Of a stretch of 64,000 nt of DNA, positions 50,333-57,865 are shown one piece after another (position 1 is the stretch's first letter; every line of letters starts with the position of its first letter). A program made the translations under genes and the position numbers. The notes under the pieces were generated by a model. That model saw nothing but the letters and a program-made list of their open reading frames with translations. It did no database searches and was not told where the DNA came from. The DNA comes from Candidatus Nomurabacteria bacterium (lineage in GTDB: Bacteria > Patescibacteriota > Minisyncoccia > Phycocordibacterales > UBA918). The stretch covers positions 180,241-244,240 of the forward strand of contig JACKGC010000001.1 of the NCBI GenBank assembly GCA_020632135.1, read 5' to 3'.

Positions 50333-50490
50333 AAAAAGCCTGTGCCACTTTCGTGGCGACAGGCTCTTTCGCGCGCTTGATTCTCCGTGTGCAAGCGAAA
50401 CGGCGCGAGAACGCCGCGCTTCACTTGTACGCGAATGCGTGTGAAAGAGCACTGTATATCCCCCCTTCCACAGACGAATCTGTGAGCGGT
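50333..50490 (-). ncRNA. structured RNA of about 155 nt (leader/attenuator or sRNA) between fusA and tuf
   Basis: On the minus strand: CACAGA-UUCG-UCUGUG, an 8-bp GCUCUUUC/GAAAGAGC helix, and inner helices. Ends in GCCUGUcGCCAC-GAAA-GUGGCACAGGC followed by U5, 62 nt before the tuf ATG. Confidence 0.45.
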
Positions 50491-50496
50491 GCGAGA

Positions 50497-50524
50497 ATAG
50501 TACCAAAGACGGGATATTTTGCAA
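50497..50524 (-). promoter_or_regulatory. promoter TTGCAA-N16-TACTAT (minus strand)
   Basis: Good -35 and -10 immediately after the fusA terminator. Confidence 0.5.
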
Positions 50525-50565
50525 GGAAAACGGCCGGCCCCGAAGGGGCCGGCCGTTTTCCTTGC
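50521..50565 (-). terminator. fusA terminator GCAAGGAAAACGGCCGGCCCC-GAA-GGGGCCGGCCGTTTTCCTTGC
   Basis: 21-bp stem. Confidence 0.85.
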
Positions 50566-50583
50566 TGTGTAAGATCTTACAGA

Positions 50584-52761
50584 TTACTCAGCCACGCCAC
50601 GCGCTTTCTTGATCTCCATCGCTACGTTTGGTGGTACCACCTCGTAGTGATCGAATTCCATAGTCATGGATGCGCGACCCTGGGTCATTGAGCGGAGGGT
50701 GTTGGTGTACCCAAACATCTCAGCCAATGGGATCTTTGCGTTTACGATGGTCTTACCGCCCAGTTCTGAGGTACCTTCAAGCTGTCCGCGCTTTGAAGAA
50801 ATGTTTCCTTGAATATCACCCATGTATTCTTCTGGCGTACGGACCTCAACCTTCATGATCGGTTCCAGGATCACCGCACCAGCCTTGGCTGCTGCTTCCT
50901 TAAACGCATTGATACCAGCGAGTTTGAAGGCGATCTCAGACGAGTCGACATCGTGGTAACTACCATCGAACAGCTCAACGGACACATCCTCCATCTTGTA
51001 CCCAGCAACGAAACCGCGTCCCATTGCTTCCTTCGCTCCCTTCATCACGGCTGGGATGTACTCACCAGGCACAACACCACCCTTGATGTTATTAATGAAT
51101 TCAAAGTGCTCATCACGAGTGATATTCTTAGCCACCTTTACTGGCTCGCCCGTTTCCGGGTCGATCGCAAGTGGCGGAAGCGGCTTAATGCGGATCTTCA
51201 CGTGACCGTACTGACCACGTCCACCAGACTGCTTGATGTACTTGTATTCAGCTTCGGCTTCACGCTGGATCGTTTCGCGGTACGCCACCTGTGGAGCGCC
51301 GATGTTGGCCTCCACGCCGAACTCACGCTTCATACGATCAACGATAATATCGAGGTGAAGCTCACCCATACCAGCGATGATCGTCTCGAGTGTTTCTTCG
51401 TCAGTTGACACCTTAAAGGTTGGATCTTCGTCAGCGAGACGCTTCAGTGCCACACCCATCTTCTCCTGGTCGTTCTTGGTCTTTGGTTCGACACGTACTG
51501 CCACCACTGGCTCTGGGAAAGTAATGGTCTCAAGCTCGATCTGTGCATTTTCGTCACAGAGTGTGTCTGAAGTCTTTACTTCCTTAAGACCTACTACTGC
51601 AGCAATTTCTCCTGCGTACACTTCTTCAATTTCTGCTCGCTTGTCAGCTTGGAGTCGTACAATACGACCGACACGTTCTTTGTTGCCTTGTGAGGAGTTG
51701 TAGATGTAGGTACCAGCCTTCACCTTTCCTGAGTACACCCGGAAGAAAGCCAGCTGCCCCACGAACTTGTCGTCCTGTAGCTTGAATACGAGCGCTGAAA
51801 ATGGCTCATCGTCAGATGGCTTTCGGGTGAGCACAGTCTCTTCATCTTTCGGGTCAACACCTTCCACTGGTGGCAAGTCGAGCGGTGATGGGAGGTAATC
51901 TACCACCGCGTCGAGCACGAGCTGCACGCCGATATTCTTAAGGGCTGTACCAGTCATCACTGGGAAGATCTCGTTGGCGATCACTGCCTTGCGCAGGGTC
52001 TTTTTGAGATCATCGACTGATGGTTCTTCACCACCAAGATATGCTTCCATGAGCACATCGTCATGAGCCACCACCTGTTCGATCAGCTCAGCGCGCCACT
52101 TTTGCGCTTCCTCAAGCATGTCAGCTGGGATCTCCTCTTCGGTCACGGTCATGCCCATTTCACCACCAAAGCGGTATGCCTTCATGGTGATGAGGTCAAC
52201 GACACCACTCATAGTATCTTCAGCACCGATCGGGAGCTGGATACGCACTGCCTTGGTTGAAAGGCGGTCATGAATTGACTTCACTGATGCGTCAAAGTCA
52301 GCACCGAGCTTGTCCATCTTATTTATGAAACAAATACGTGGCACATTGGCCTCGTCAGCATACCCCCAGTTGGTTTCGGTCTGTGGTTCAACACCTGCTG
52401 AACCGTCGAATACCACAACCGCACCGTCGAGCACACGCATTGACCGCTTTACCTCAGCGGTAAAGTCGATGTGACCTGGCGTGTCGATGATGTTAAAGGT
52501 GTGTTTCAGCTCCTTGGTGGTTCGGTCAGCCTCCATTGTCTTGGTCCAGTTACAAGAGATCGCTGCAGCGGTAATAGTGATACCGCGTTCGCGCTCTTGC
52601 TCCATCCAGTCAGTGACTGTTGCGCCATCGTGCACCTCACCGATCTTGTGAGACATACCGGTGTAAAAGAGGATACGTTCAGACGTGGTGGTCTTACCGG
52701 CGTCTACGTGCGCTACGATACCGAAGTTTCGTAGTTTCTCGAGTGGAAATTCTCGTGCCAT
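50584..52761 (-). CDS. fusA: elongation factor G
   Basis: [20 protein letters not shown] and NKMD motifs. 725 aa. Confidence 0.98.
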   Translation of the reverse strand: MAREFPLEKLRNFGIVAHVDAGKTTTSERILFYTGMSHKIGEVHDGATVTDWMEQERERGITITAAAISCNWTKTMEADRTTKELKHTFNIIDTPGHIDFTAEVKRSMRVLDGAVVVFDGSAGVEPQTETNWGYADEANVPRICFINKMDKLGADFDASVKSIHDRLSTKAVRIQLPIGAEDTMSGVVDLITMKAYRFGGEMGMTVTEEEIPADMLEEAQKWRAELIEQVVAHDDVLMEAYLGGEEPSVDDLKKTLRKAVIANEIFPVMTGTALKNIGVQLVLDAVVDYLPSPLDLPPVEGVDPKDEETVLTRKPSDDEPFSALVFKLQDDKFVGQLAFFRVYSGKVKAGTYIYNSSQGNKERVGRIVRLQADKRAEIEEVYAGEIAAVVGLKEVKTSDTLCDENAQIELETITFPEPVVAVRVEPKTKNDQEKMGVALKRLADEDPTFKVSTDEETLETIIAGMGELHLDIIVDRMKREFGVEANIGAPQVAYRETIQREAEAEYKYIKQSGGRGQYGHVKIRIKPLPPLAIDPETGEPVKVAKNITRDEHFEFINNIKGGVVPGEYIPAVMKGAKEAMGRGFVAGYKMEDVSVELFDGSYHDVDSSEIAFKLAGINAFKEAAAKAGAVILEPIMKVEVRTPEEYMGDIQGNISSKRGQLEGTSELGGKTIVNAKIPLAEMFGYTNTLRSMTQGRASMTMEFDHYEVVPPNVAMEIKKARGVAE

Positions 52762-53007
52762 AAATAATTATGTATAAATGAAAGTTAATAATTGTTTACC
52801 TCCCTAGTGCGCGTGGGGCGCGAAAAGCTTTGCTTTTCGCGCCCGTCAACTCCCGCAATAGAAAATTGACCCGAAGGCCAGACGCGCACACTATACTCCA
52901 TCTGCCCTAAAACAGCAATGTCTTTGAAAGAAACCCGAGTCGTGTTCGTATGTAAAGTAGACTTAACAATTTGCTATACTATATTATGACCGTGACGTCA
53001 CCAACCC

Positions 53008-53220
53008 ATGAAACAAAGTCCACTGCAAAACAATATACACTCATTTCGCACCACCGCGGGCCTCACGCAAGCCAGCTTAGCAGAGGCGGTCGGCGTGACC
53101 CGGCAAACCATCATCTCGATAGAGAAAGGCAACTATGAGCCTTCGGTGCGTCTGGCACTGCGCCTCTCTAACACACTAGGAGTCACTGTCGAGGAACTAT
53201 TTTATGAAACAATAAACTAA
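53008..53220 (+). CDS. small XRE/YozG-type HTH transcriptional regulator
   Basis: GLTQASLAEAVGVTRQTIISIEKGNYEPS. 70 aa. Confidence 0.8.
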   Translation: MKQSPLQNNIHSFRTTAGLTQASLAEAVGVTRQTIISIEKGNYEPSVRLALRLSNTLGVTVEELFYETIN

Positions 53221-53225
53221 CTTGT

Positions 53226-53585
53226 ATGTCGAAACTTCACTTGCTCCTCCCCTTCGTCGTTGCTGCATTAGCGTTAGCGTTTCTCGACCCATTCAATTTC
53301 CTCATGCTCGGCATGACAGCTGAATTCACACTTGGTGTACTGGCTCTCATCACCATTGGCTATGGAGCGTTACTCTTTAAAGAGCAGGTGCGCGATGAAC
53401 GCGATGTTGGAATACGCGCGTTTGCGCACCGCGCTTCATACATTGTGAGTGTCGGCGGACTCGTCGCGATCATCGCGCACCAGATCTTGACCATGGGGAT
53501 GGTGTACCCGGAGATCGTCTACTTACTCGTATTGGTCGTCGCTACCAAGACCTTGTGTCATTGGTTCGGAGATAAGAATTTTTAG
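53226..53585 (+). CDS. 4-TM membrane protein paired with the HTH regulator
   Basis: Starts 5 nt after the regulator gene. Hydrophobic, 119 aa. Confidence 0.6.
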   Translation: MSKLHLLLPFVVAALALAFLDPFNFLMLGMTAEFTLGVLALITIGYGALLFKEQVRDERDVGIRAFAHRASYIVSVGGLVAIIAHQILTMGMVYPEIVYLLVLVVATKTLCHWFGDKNF

Positions 53586-53596
53586 ATAGTGGCGAA

Positions 53597-53693
53597 GTGG
53601 CTGGCGGAATTATTTTTGAGCGTCCGCGGGGACTGAGTACTCAAGCTGATCTGTGAACATCGGAGCGTGTGAAAAAATAATCCCGTCAGCCAC
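53597..53693. repeat. 97-nt hairpin element with 21-bp imperfect stem, related to the 21.2-kb element
   Basis: GTGGCTGGCGGAATTATTTTT...AAAAAATAATCCCGTCAGCCAC. The GGAATTATTTTTGAG / GTGAAAAAATAATCC termini resemble 21264-21311. Confidence 0.7.
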
Positions 53694-53715
53694 TAACCGC
53701 GTAATCATTTACATT

Positions 53716-54090
53716 ATGAACACCAAACTAAAAGAAATACTAAAAATCAGTAGCCTTCCCGTCGTACTCGCATCGATGTGTTGCCTTTCACCGGTCATTC
53801 TCGTGTTACTTGGTGTGTCGACTGTCAGCTTTGCTTCGTCTCTCGCTGACACTCTCTATGGCGAATACAAATGGGTCTTCCGCGGTGTTGGTCTCTTGGC
53901 CCTTTTAGGCTCACTTTGGTACTACCTCAATCGCAAGAAAGGCATCTGCACCATCGACGAAGCCGTTAAGCGCCGCAACGAGATCATCAACTATGTCGCG
54001 ATGGTGATCGTCGCTGGCGTGCTCGGGTACACTTTTTTCTTGTACGTAGTCGTACACTACATTGGGGTATGGCTAGACCTCTGGGCGTAA
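53716..54090 (+). CDS. MerT-like 3-TM membrane protein (tentative)
   Basis: Start at MNTKLKE. Cys pair in TM1 (SMCCLSPVILVLLG) as in MerT. Similar topology. Confidence 0.4.
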   Translation: MNTKLKEILKISSLPVVLASMCCLSPVILVLLGVSTVSFASSLADTLYGEYKWVFRGVGLLALLGSLWYYLNRKKGICTIDEAVKRRNEIINYVAMVIVAGVLGYTFFLYVVVHYIGVWLDLWA

Positions 54091-54093
54091 ACT

Positions 54094-54134
54094 GAAAAGC
54101 AGCCGGGCTCACGAAGTGAGCCCGGCTGCTTTTC
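54094..54134. terminator. bidirectional terminator GAAAAGCAGCCGGGCTCAC-GAA-GTGAGCCCGGCTGCTTTTC
   Basis: Perfect long stem between convergent genes. Confidence 0.85.
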
Positions 54135-54146
54135 ATCTTTCACTCT

Positions 54147-55265
54147 CTAGTCGATCTCGAGATCAAGCTCTGACTCAAGCTCAGCAGAGGTAAGTCCCGT
54201 ACGCAATGCCACTTCTGCAATCAGCGCTGCTTTAGTGGTGTACACCGTGTTGTACTCCAGCTTCTTACTTCCGTACTCAACGCGCACCTCCGCTTTTAGC
54301 CCTTCAACCCGTACTTCAAACTTTTTGATACTACCATTCCACTCAGTATCGTCGTCAGAATCATCTTCGTCATGGTCTCGGCCTCGGTGGTCGTCGTCAT
54401 CGTCTTCCCACTCTTCTTCGTCTTCAAACTCCCATTCATCTTCGTCCTCATACTCCTCTTCCCACTTGTCTTCGTAGTCGTCATCATGGTCACCGAAGTT
54501 TGTAGATACCGACTCTTCTGCCTGCACGCCGGCCTTTGACCCCTGAGCGTCTTGCTCTCTAACTTGTACACGTACGTCACCGTCATCATCAATTCGTAAC
54601 CTGAAGCCGTCGTCACGCACCTCGATCCGATCATCTTTGATCTCTACTCGAGTATTGTCTTCAGTTTGTACATTTGTGGTCGTTTCACTTCGGCCAGCGA
54701 TCTTTACTTTATCGATGTCTGCCTGCAGTTCAGTCAGGATCTGGACCCGGATATCACGGTCATCGAAATCTTCTAGTGAGTCCAATACGGCAGTGACGGC
54801 CTTGGCGATGCGCTCCTCGCCGCTTTCGCGCACAGTAACTGAAGCTGAAGTTGATGCACTTGAAGATGCGGCCACTTCAGCTTCGGTCGACTCCGTTTCT
54901 TCACTAATGATCTCACGCAGCTCAGCCAGGCGTTCAGCGGAGAACTGCGCGCGAAGCTCCGCTTCGCGCGCCTCGCCGGCAAAGGCAAGTTGTACGCGTT
55001 CAGCCGCTCGCTCGATCGGGAACAAGAGGTCTCCTGGCTTAGCGTCGTTTGACGCTGCAACGGTGCCAGTGGTGCCAACTATTACTACTAAGGCTACAAG
55101 TACTCCGGTCATGGTTTTAGTTCGTGAATGAATGAAGGCAGCGTATGGTGACGGAGTTGGTGCGGCCACCTTGGCTTCGATCACCCGCAACACCGCAGCC
55201 TTCTCTTCCGCAGAGAGTGTCGGTCGTTCTTTTTCTATTCGGTTGTCTAGATCATCATTCGACAT
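54147..55265 (-). CDS. putative membrane-anchored anti-sigma factor with poly-acidic Trp-punctuated tract
   Basis: Starts 7 nt after the ECF sigma gene. One TM helix (TGVLVALVVIVGTTGTVAA). Tract DHDDDYEDKWEEEYEDEDEWEFEDEEEWEDDDDD. Confidence 0.6.
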   Translation of the reverse strand: MSNDDLDNRIEKERPTLSAEEKAAVLRVIEAKVAAPTPSPYAAFIHSRTKTMTGVLVALVVIVGTTGTVAASNDAKPGDLLFPIERAAERVQLAFAGEAREAELRAQFSAERLAELREIISEETESTEAEVAASSSASTSASVTVRESGEERIAKAVTAVLDSLEDFDDRDIRVQILTELQADIDKVKIAGRSETTTNVQTEDNTRVEIKDDRIEVRDDGFRLRIDDDGDVRVQVREQDAQGSKAGVQAEESVSTNFGDHDDDYEDKWEEEYEDEDEWEFEDEEEWEDDDDDHRGRDHDEDDSDDDTEWNGSIKKFEVRVEGLKAEVRVEYGSKKLEYNTVYTTKAALIAEVALRTGLTSAELESELDLEID

Positions 55266-55272
55266 GGCGATG

Positions 55273-55806
55273 TTATGCGTTAAGGATCGAAGCCAGTGCC
55301 GCGCGAGCGCGATGATGGCGCACCCGTACCGCAGACTCCTTCATATTAATAATGGTTCCTATTTCAGCAAACGTGAACCTCGACCAGTGGTGCAGTACCA
55401 CGATCTCGCGCGAAACGTCGTCGAGTGTTTCGAGTGCCTGAGTGACTGAACAGTTCTGTTCTACAGCTGACTCTGCGCTACCATGCCACTCTTCCTGCAA
55501 CTCGGCCGTTTCGTGCTTCTTGGTCTTGGCGTAGTATGCAGCTAACTGGCGGCGTACGATCGTAAAGAGAAACGAGTAGAACGCTGCGTCAGACTGATAG
55601 GTAAACCGGGGCAGGGACTTGTAGAGCTCTATGAACACATCCTGGGTAACCTCTCTCGCGTCCTCATGAGAATTGGTGCGAAACGCAACAAACGAAAAGA
55701 CGCGATCGACAGTGTGTTCATAGAGCGCAGCAAATCCCTGACTGGTATCAGCCACTGCGTGATTCACTAATGCTTTTATTTCGATTGACTCCATGGTGTC
55801 ATTCAC
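55273..55806 (-). CDS. ECF-type RNA polymerase sigma-70 factor
   Basis: Region 2 (AREVTQDVFIELYKSL) and region 4 (FAEIGTIINMKESAVRVRHHRA). Confidence 0.85.
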   Translation of the reverse strand: MNDTMESIEIKALVNHAVADTSQGFAALYEHTVDRVFSFVAFRTNSHEDAREVTQDVFIELYKSLPRFTYQSDAAFYSFLFTIVRRQLAAYYAKTKKHETAELQEEWHGSAESAVEQNCSVTQALETLDDVSREIVVLHHWSRFTFAEIGTIINMKESAVRVRHHRARAALASILNA

Positions 55807-55886
55807 TTATACAATGTGGCAGGTTTTGGGAAACGTTACAAGTGCACAAGAAAAGAGGGCGAGGCCTTCGGCCCCGCCCTCTCTTT

Positions 55887-56195
55887 CTACCTCCTAACCC
55901 TGATCTGAAACCGCACCTGCTCCCCCGCTTCCAACCCTTCGTTCTTCCGCACCACCGCCTTCACCGGAAGTATATATGAGCCTGAAGTTTTCTCTGGAAA
56001 GATCGATGTCCTCCAAGAAGTCTTACCAATAGTGACTTCAACCGGCAGTGACCCAAACCCTCTCGCATGCTTTCCGTATGTCTCTTTTATCTCCATCCCA
56101 ACCTGCTTGGTTACCGGAAGGAAATGCCACGCGCCACCTTCAGTCGACCAGAGAAACATCTTTTCACGCATGATGTAGGTGGCTGGCTTGCTCAT
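55887..56195 (-). CDS. DUF1905-like small protein
   Basis: GGAWHFLPV...LPVEVTIGKTSWRTSIFP pattern (from memory). Confidence 0.55.
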   Translation of the reverse strand: MSKPATYIMREKMFLWSTEGGAWHFLPVTKQVGMEIKETYGKHARGFGSLPVEVTIGKTSWRTSIFPEKTSGSYILPVKAVVRKNEGLEAGEQVRFQIRVRR

Positions 56196-56201
56196 AGCGC
56201 C

Positions 56202-56717
56202 TTAATTCACCTCTACACACTCTCCCGCTTCATAGCTACGCACCCGATCATTGGCACAGGCATAACAACTGTTGCTGAATGTCTCTGGTACCGGATTGCA
56301 CGGTGTCGTAATGCATTCCACTTGCACGAAACCACACACCGGTTCATATAAGTCGATACACGCAACGTGTGCGTCAGTCTCGCGCGGTTCACAATAGTGC
56401 ACTGTGGGTGAAGGGACAGCTTCGACCGCTTCAGGACAAGGTGAAAATTCACAGTTCGGGCCAGTGCGCCCGACAAACGAACCGTCTGGACACATCTTGG
56501 CGTCCATCGTACACGCTACTAGTTCGCCTGGGGCTGATTGAGCTGGCACCTCATCGAGGGTCGTGTCTTCCGGTTCTGTTTCAAGCTCAAGCGATGAGGG
56601 GTCAATCTGGGTCTGCTGTGGCGCCAATGCTGGTGGTGCCGTAAGGAGCAATCCCAACACCACGAGCATAAGCACCAATATGGTGACTCCTGCGACAGTT
56701 TCAAATGTACGTTTCAT
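56202..56717 (-). CDS. anchored/secreted Cys-rich protein with Kazal-like domain
   Basis: N-terminal TM/signal. C-terminal CIDLYEPVCG...TFSNSCYACAN fits the Kazal pattern C-x-YxPVCG...N-x-C. Confidence 0.6.
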   Translation of the reverse strand: MKRTFETVAGVTILVLMLVVLGLLLTAPPALAPQQTQIDPSSLELETEPEDTTLDEVPAQSAPGELVACTMDAKMCPDGSFVGRTGPNCEFSPCPEAVEAVPSPTVHYCEPRETDAHVACIDLYEPVCGFVQVECITTPCNPVPETFSNSCYACANDRVRSYEAGECVEVN

Positions 56718-56789
56718 AATAGATATATGATGGCAGCTTCTGACAAGCGGCGCAAGCCGCTTGCCTGCATTTTGCTATACTCAAAAGAT

Positions 56790-57221
56790 ATGACAAAAAC
56801 TCAGAACAAAACTCAACCCACCAAGCTCACACCTGCCGCGTTCATCAACACAATCAGCGATGAAAAACAACGCACTGAAGCAAAAATACTACTCAGTATT
56901 TTTGATGATGTGACCAAGACCAAAGGGGTCATGTGGGGCAACATCTTTGGCTTTGGGTCGTATCACTATACATACCCTTCTGGGCGCGAGGGTGACTTTC
57001 TGGCGACTGGCTTCGCGATCCGCAAAAGTGGTCCTACCATTTACATCATGCCTGGTTATCAGGACTACAGCGAATTACTACAAAAGATCGGCCCACACAA
57101 ACTAGGTAAATCGTGCCTCTACCTCAAGAACCTCGATGAACTACACGTGCCGACATTAAAAAAACTGATCAGAGCGGGCTTGCGAGATCTGAGAAAGACC
57201 TCTCCCGTTTCACTGAAGTAG
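56790..57221 (+). CDS. DUF1801/YdhG-like protein
   Basis: Start at MTKTQNK. WGNIFGFGSYHYTYPSGREG pattern. Confidence 0.55.
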   Translation: MTKTQNKTQPTKLTPAAFINTISDEKQRTEAKILLSIFDDVTKTKGVMWGNIFGFGSYHYTYPSGREGDFLATGFAIRKSGPTIYIMPGYQDYSELLQKIGPHKLGKSCLYLKNLDELHVPTLKKLIRAGLRDLRKTSPVSLK

Positions 57222-57482
57222 CGCTTCTTTTTCTTTCCGAGTGAGCTGCTTGATGGCAGCTTCGCGTTGCATGGCTGCACTACGCGACGAGAATGACTCA
57301 CTATAAACCAGCATGACCGGGCGGGGGGGGGCGGCCCCCCCCCCCCCCCCCCCCCCCCCCGCCCGCGCAGTCCTCGTCGCCCCTTCTCCATTATGCTCGG
57401 ATACTCGCTTTTCTAGGTCGGTCGTATAACCGGTGTACAACGAACCGTCGGCACACTCAAGCATGTACACATAGTGCGTCAT
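57210..57482 (-). CDS. GIY-YIG (UPF0213/YhbQ-like) nuclease carrying an in-frame poly-Gly insertion
   Basis: HYVYMLECADGSLYTGYTTDLEKRVSEHN...RPVMLVYSE is the GIY-YIG core. The roughly 12-aa insert AGGGGGGGGAAPP is encoded by the homopolymer tract. Confidence 0.8.
   Translation of the reverse strand: MTHYVYMLECADGSLYTGYTTDLEKRVSEHNGEGATRTARAGGGGGGGGAAPPRPVMLVYSESFSSRSAAMQREAAIKQLTRKEKEALLQ
57323..57360. repeat. G9-C-GG-C26 homopolymer tract (self-complementary)
   Basis: Direct reading gives 9 G, then CGG, then 26 C, flanked by GGGC...GCCC. Confidence 0.95.
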
Positions 57483-57784
57483 TGATCAGAGTGATGCTTA
57501 GCACCCCACTGCCACTTTGGGGGCTCACCAGTGCGCCAAGACACGACGATGAGTAACAGAGTAGCTGCTACTAATGCAGCGACGAATTTAAACGGACTCG
57601 CTTCCACTCCGCCGGTATACTCAGCGTAGAGCACCATCCCTAAGACAAAGAGAAGATAGAGACCAACGACCGCCCAACCCGCAGGCTTGGCTGGTGTCCA
57701 ACCATAACCGTAGAGTTTGCGCTTGAACCAGTATCCCTCAGGATTATCCTTAATATATGCTGTGTATTCCTCCCAAAACTTCAT
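57479..57784 (-). CDS. small 2-TM membrane protein
   Basis: Start at MKFWEEY. YGYGWTPAKPAGW followed by two hydrophobic helices. Confidence 0.55.
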   Translation of the reverse strand: MKFWEEYTAYIKDNPEGYWFKRKLYGYGWTPAKPAGWAVVGLYLLFVLGMVLYAEYTGGVEASPFKFVAALVAATLLLIVVSWRTGEPPKWQWGAKHHSDQ

Positions 57785-57832
57785 AAAAATAGTATGTACC
57801 TGCTGAGAAGGGTTGTAAAGTGAGAAAAGCAC

Positions 57833-57861
57833 AGCGCGGGGTCCCTTCGGGACCCCGCGCT
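57833..57861. terminator. hairpin AGCGCGGGGTCCC-TTCG-GGACCCCGCGCT
   Basis: 13-bp GC stem with a UUCG loop, lying between the ABC-F gene and the membrane gene. Confidence 0.65.
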
Positions 57862-57865
57862 CCAG

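Noticed and set aside
54235-55131. Ser-rich plus-strand ORFs (54235-54477, 54637-55131).
   Set aside because: They are antisense to the acidic anti-sigma-like gene.
57119-57391. 90-aa minus-strand ORF reading RGRGGGGGGGGPPPPARS through the homopolymer.
   Set aside because: It is an alternative frame created by the G/C tract. The GIY-YIG frame (57210-57482) has clear family motifs.
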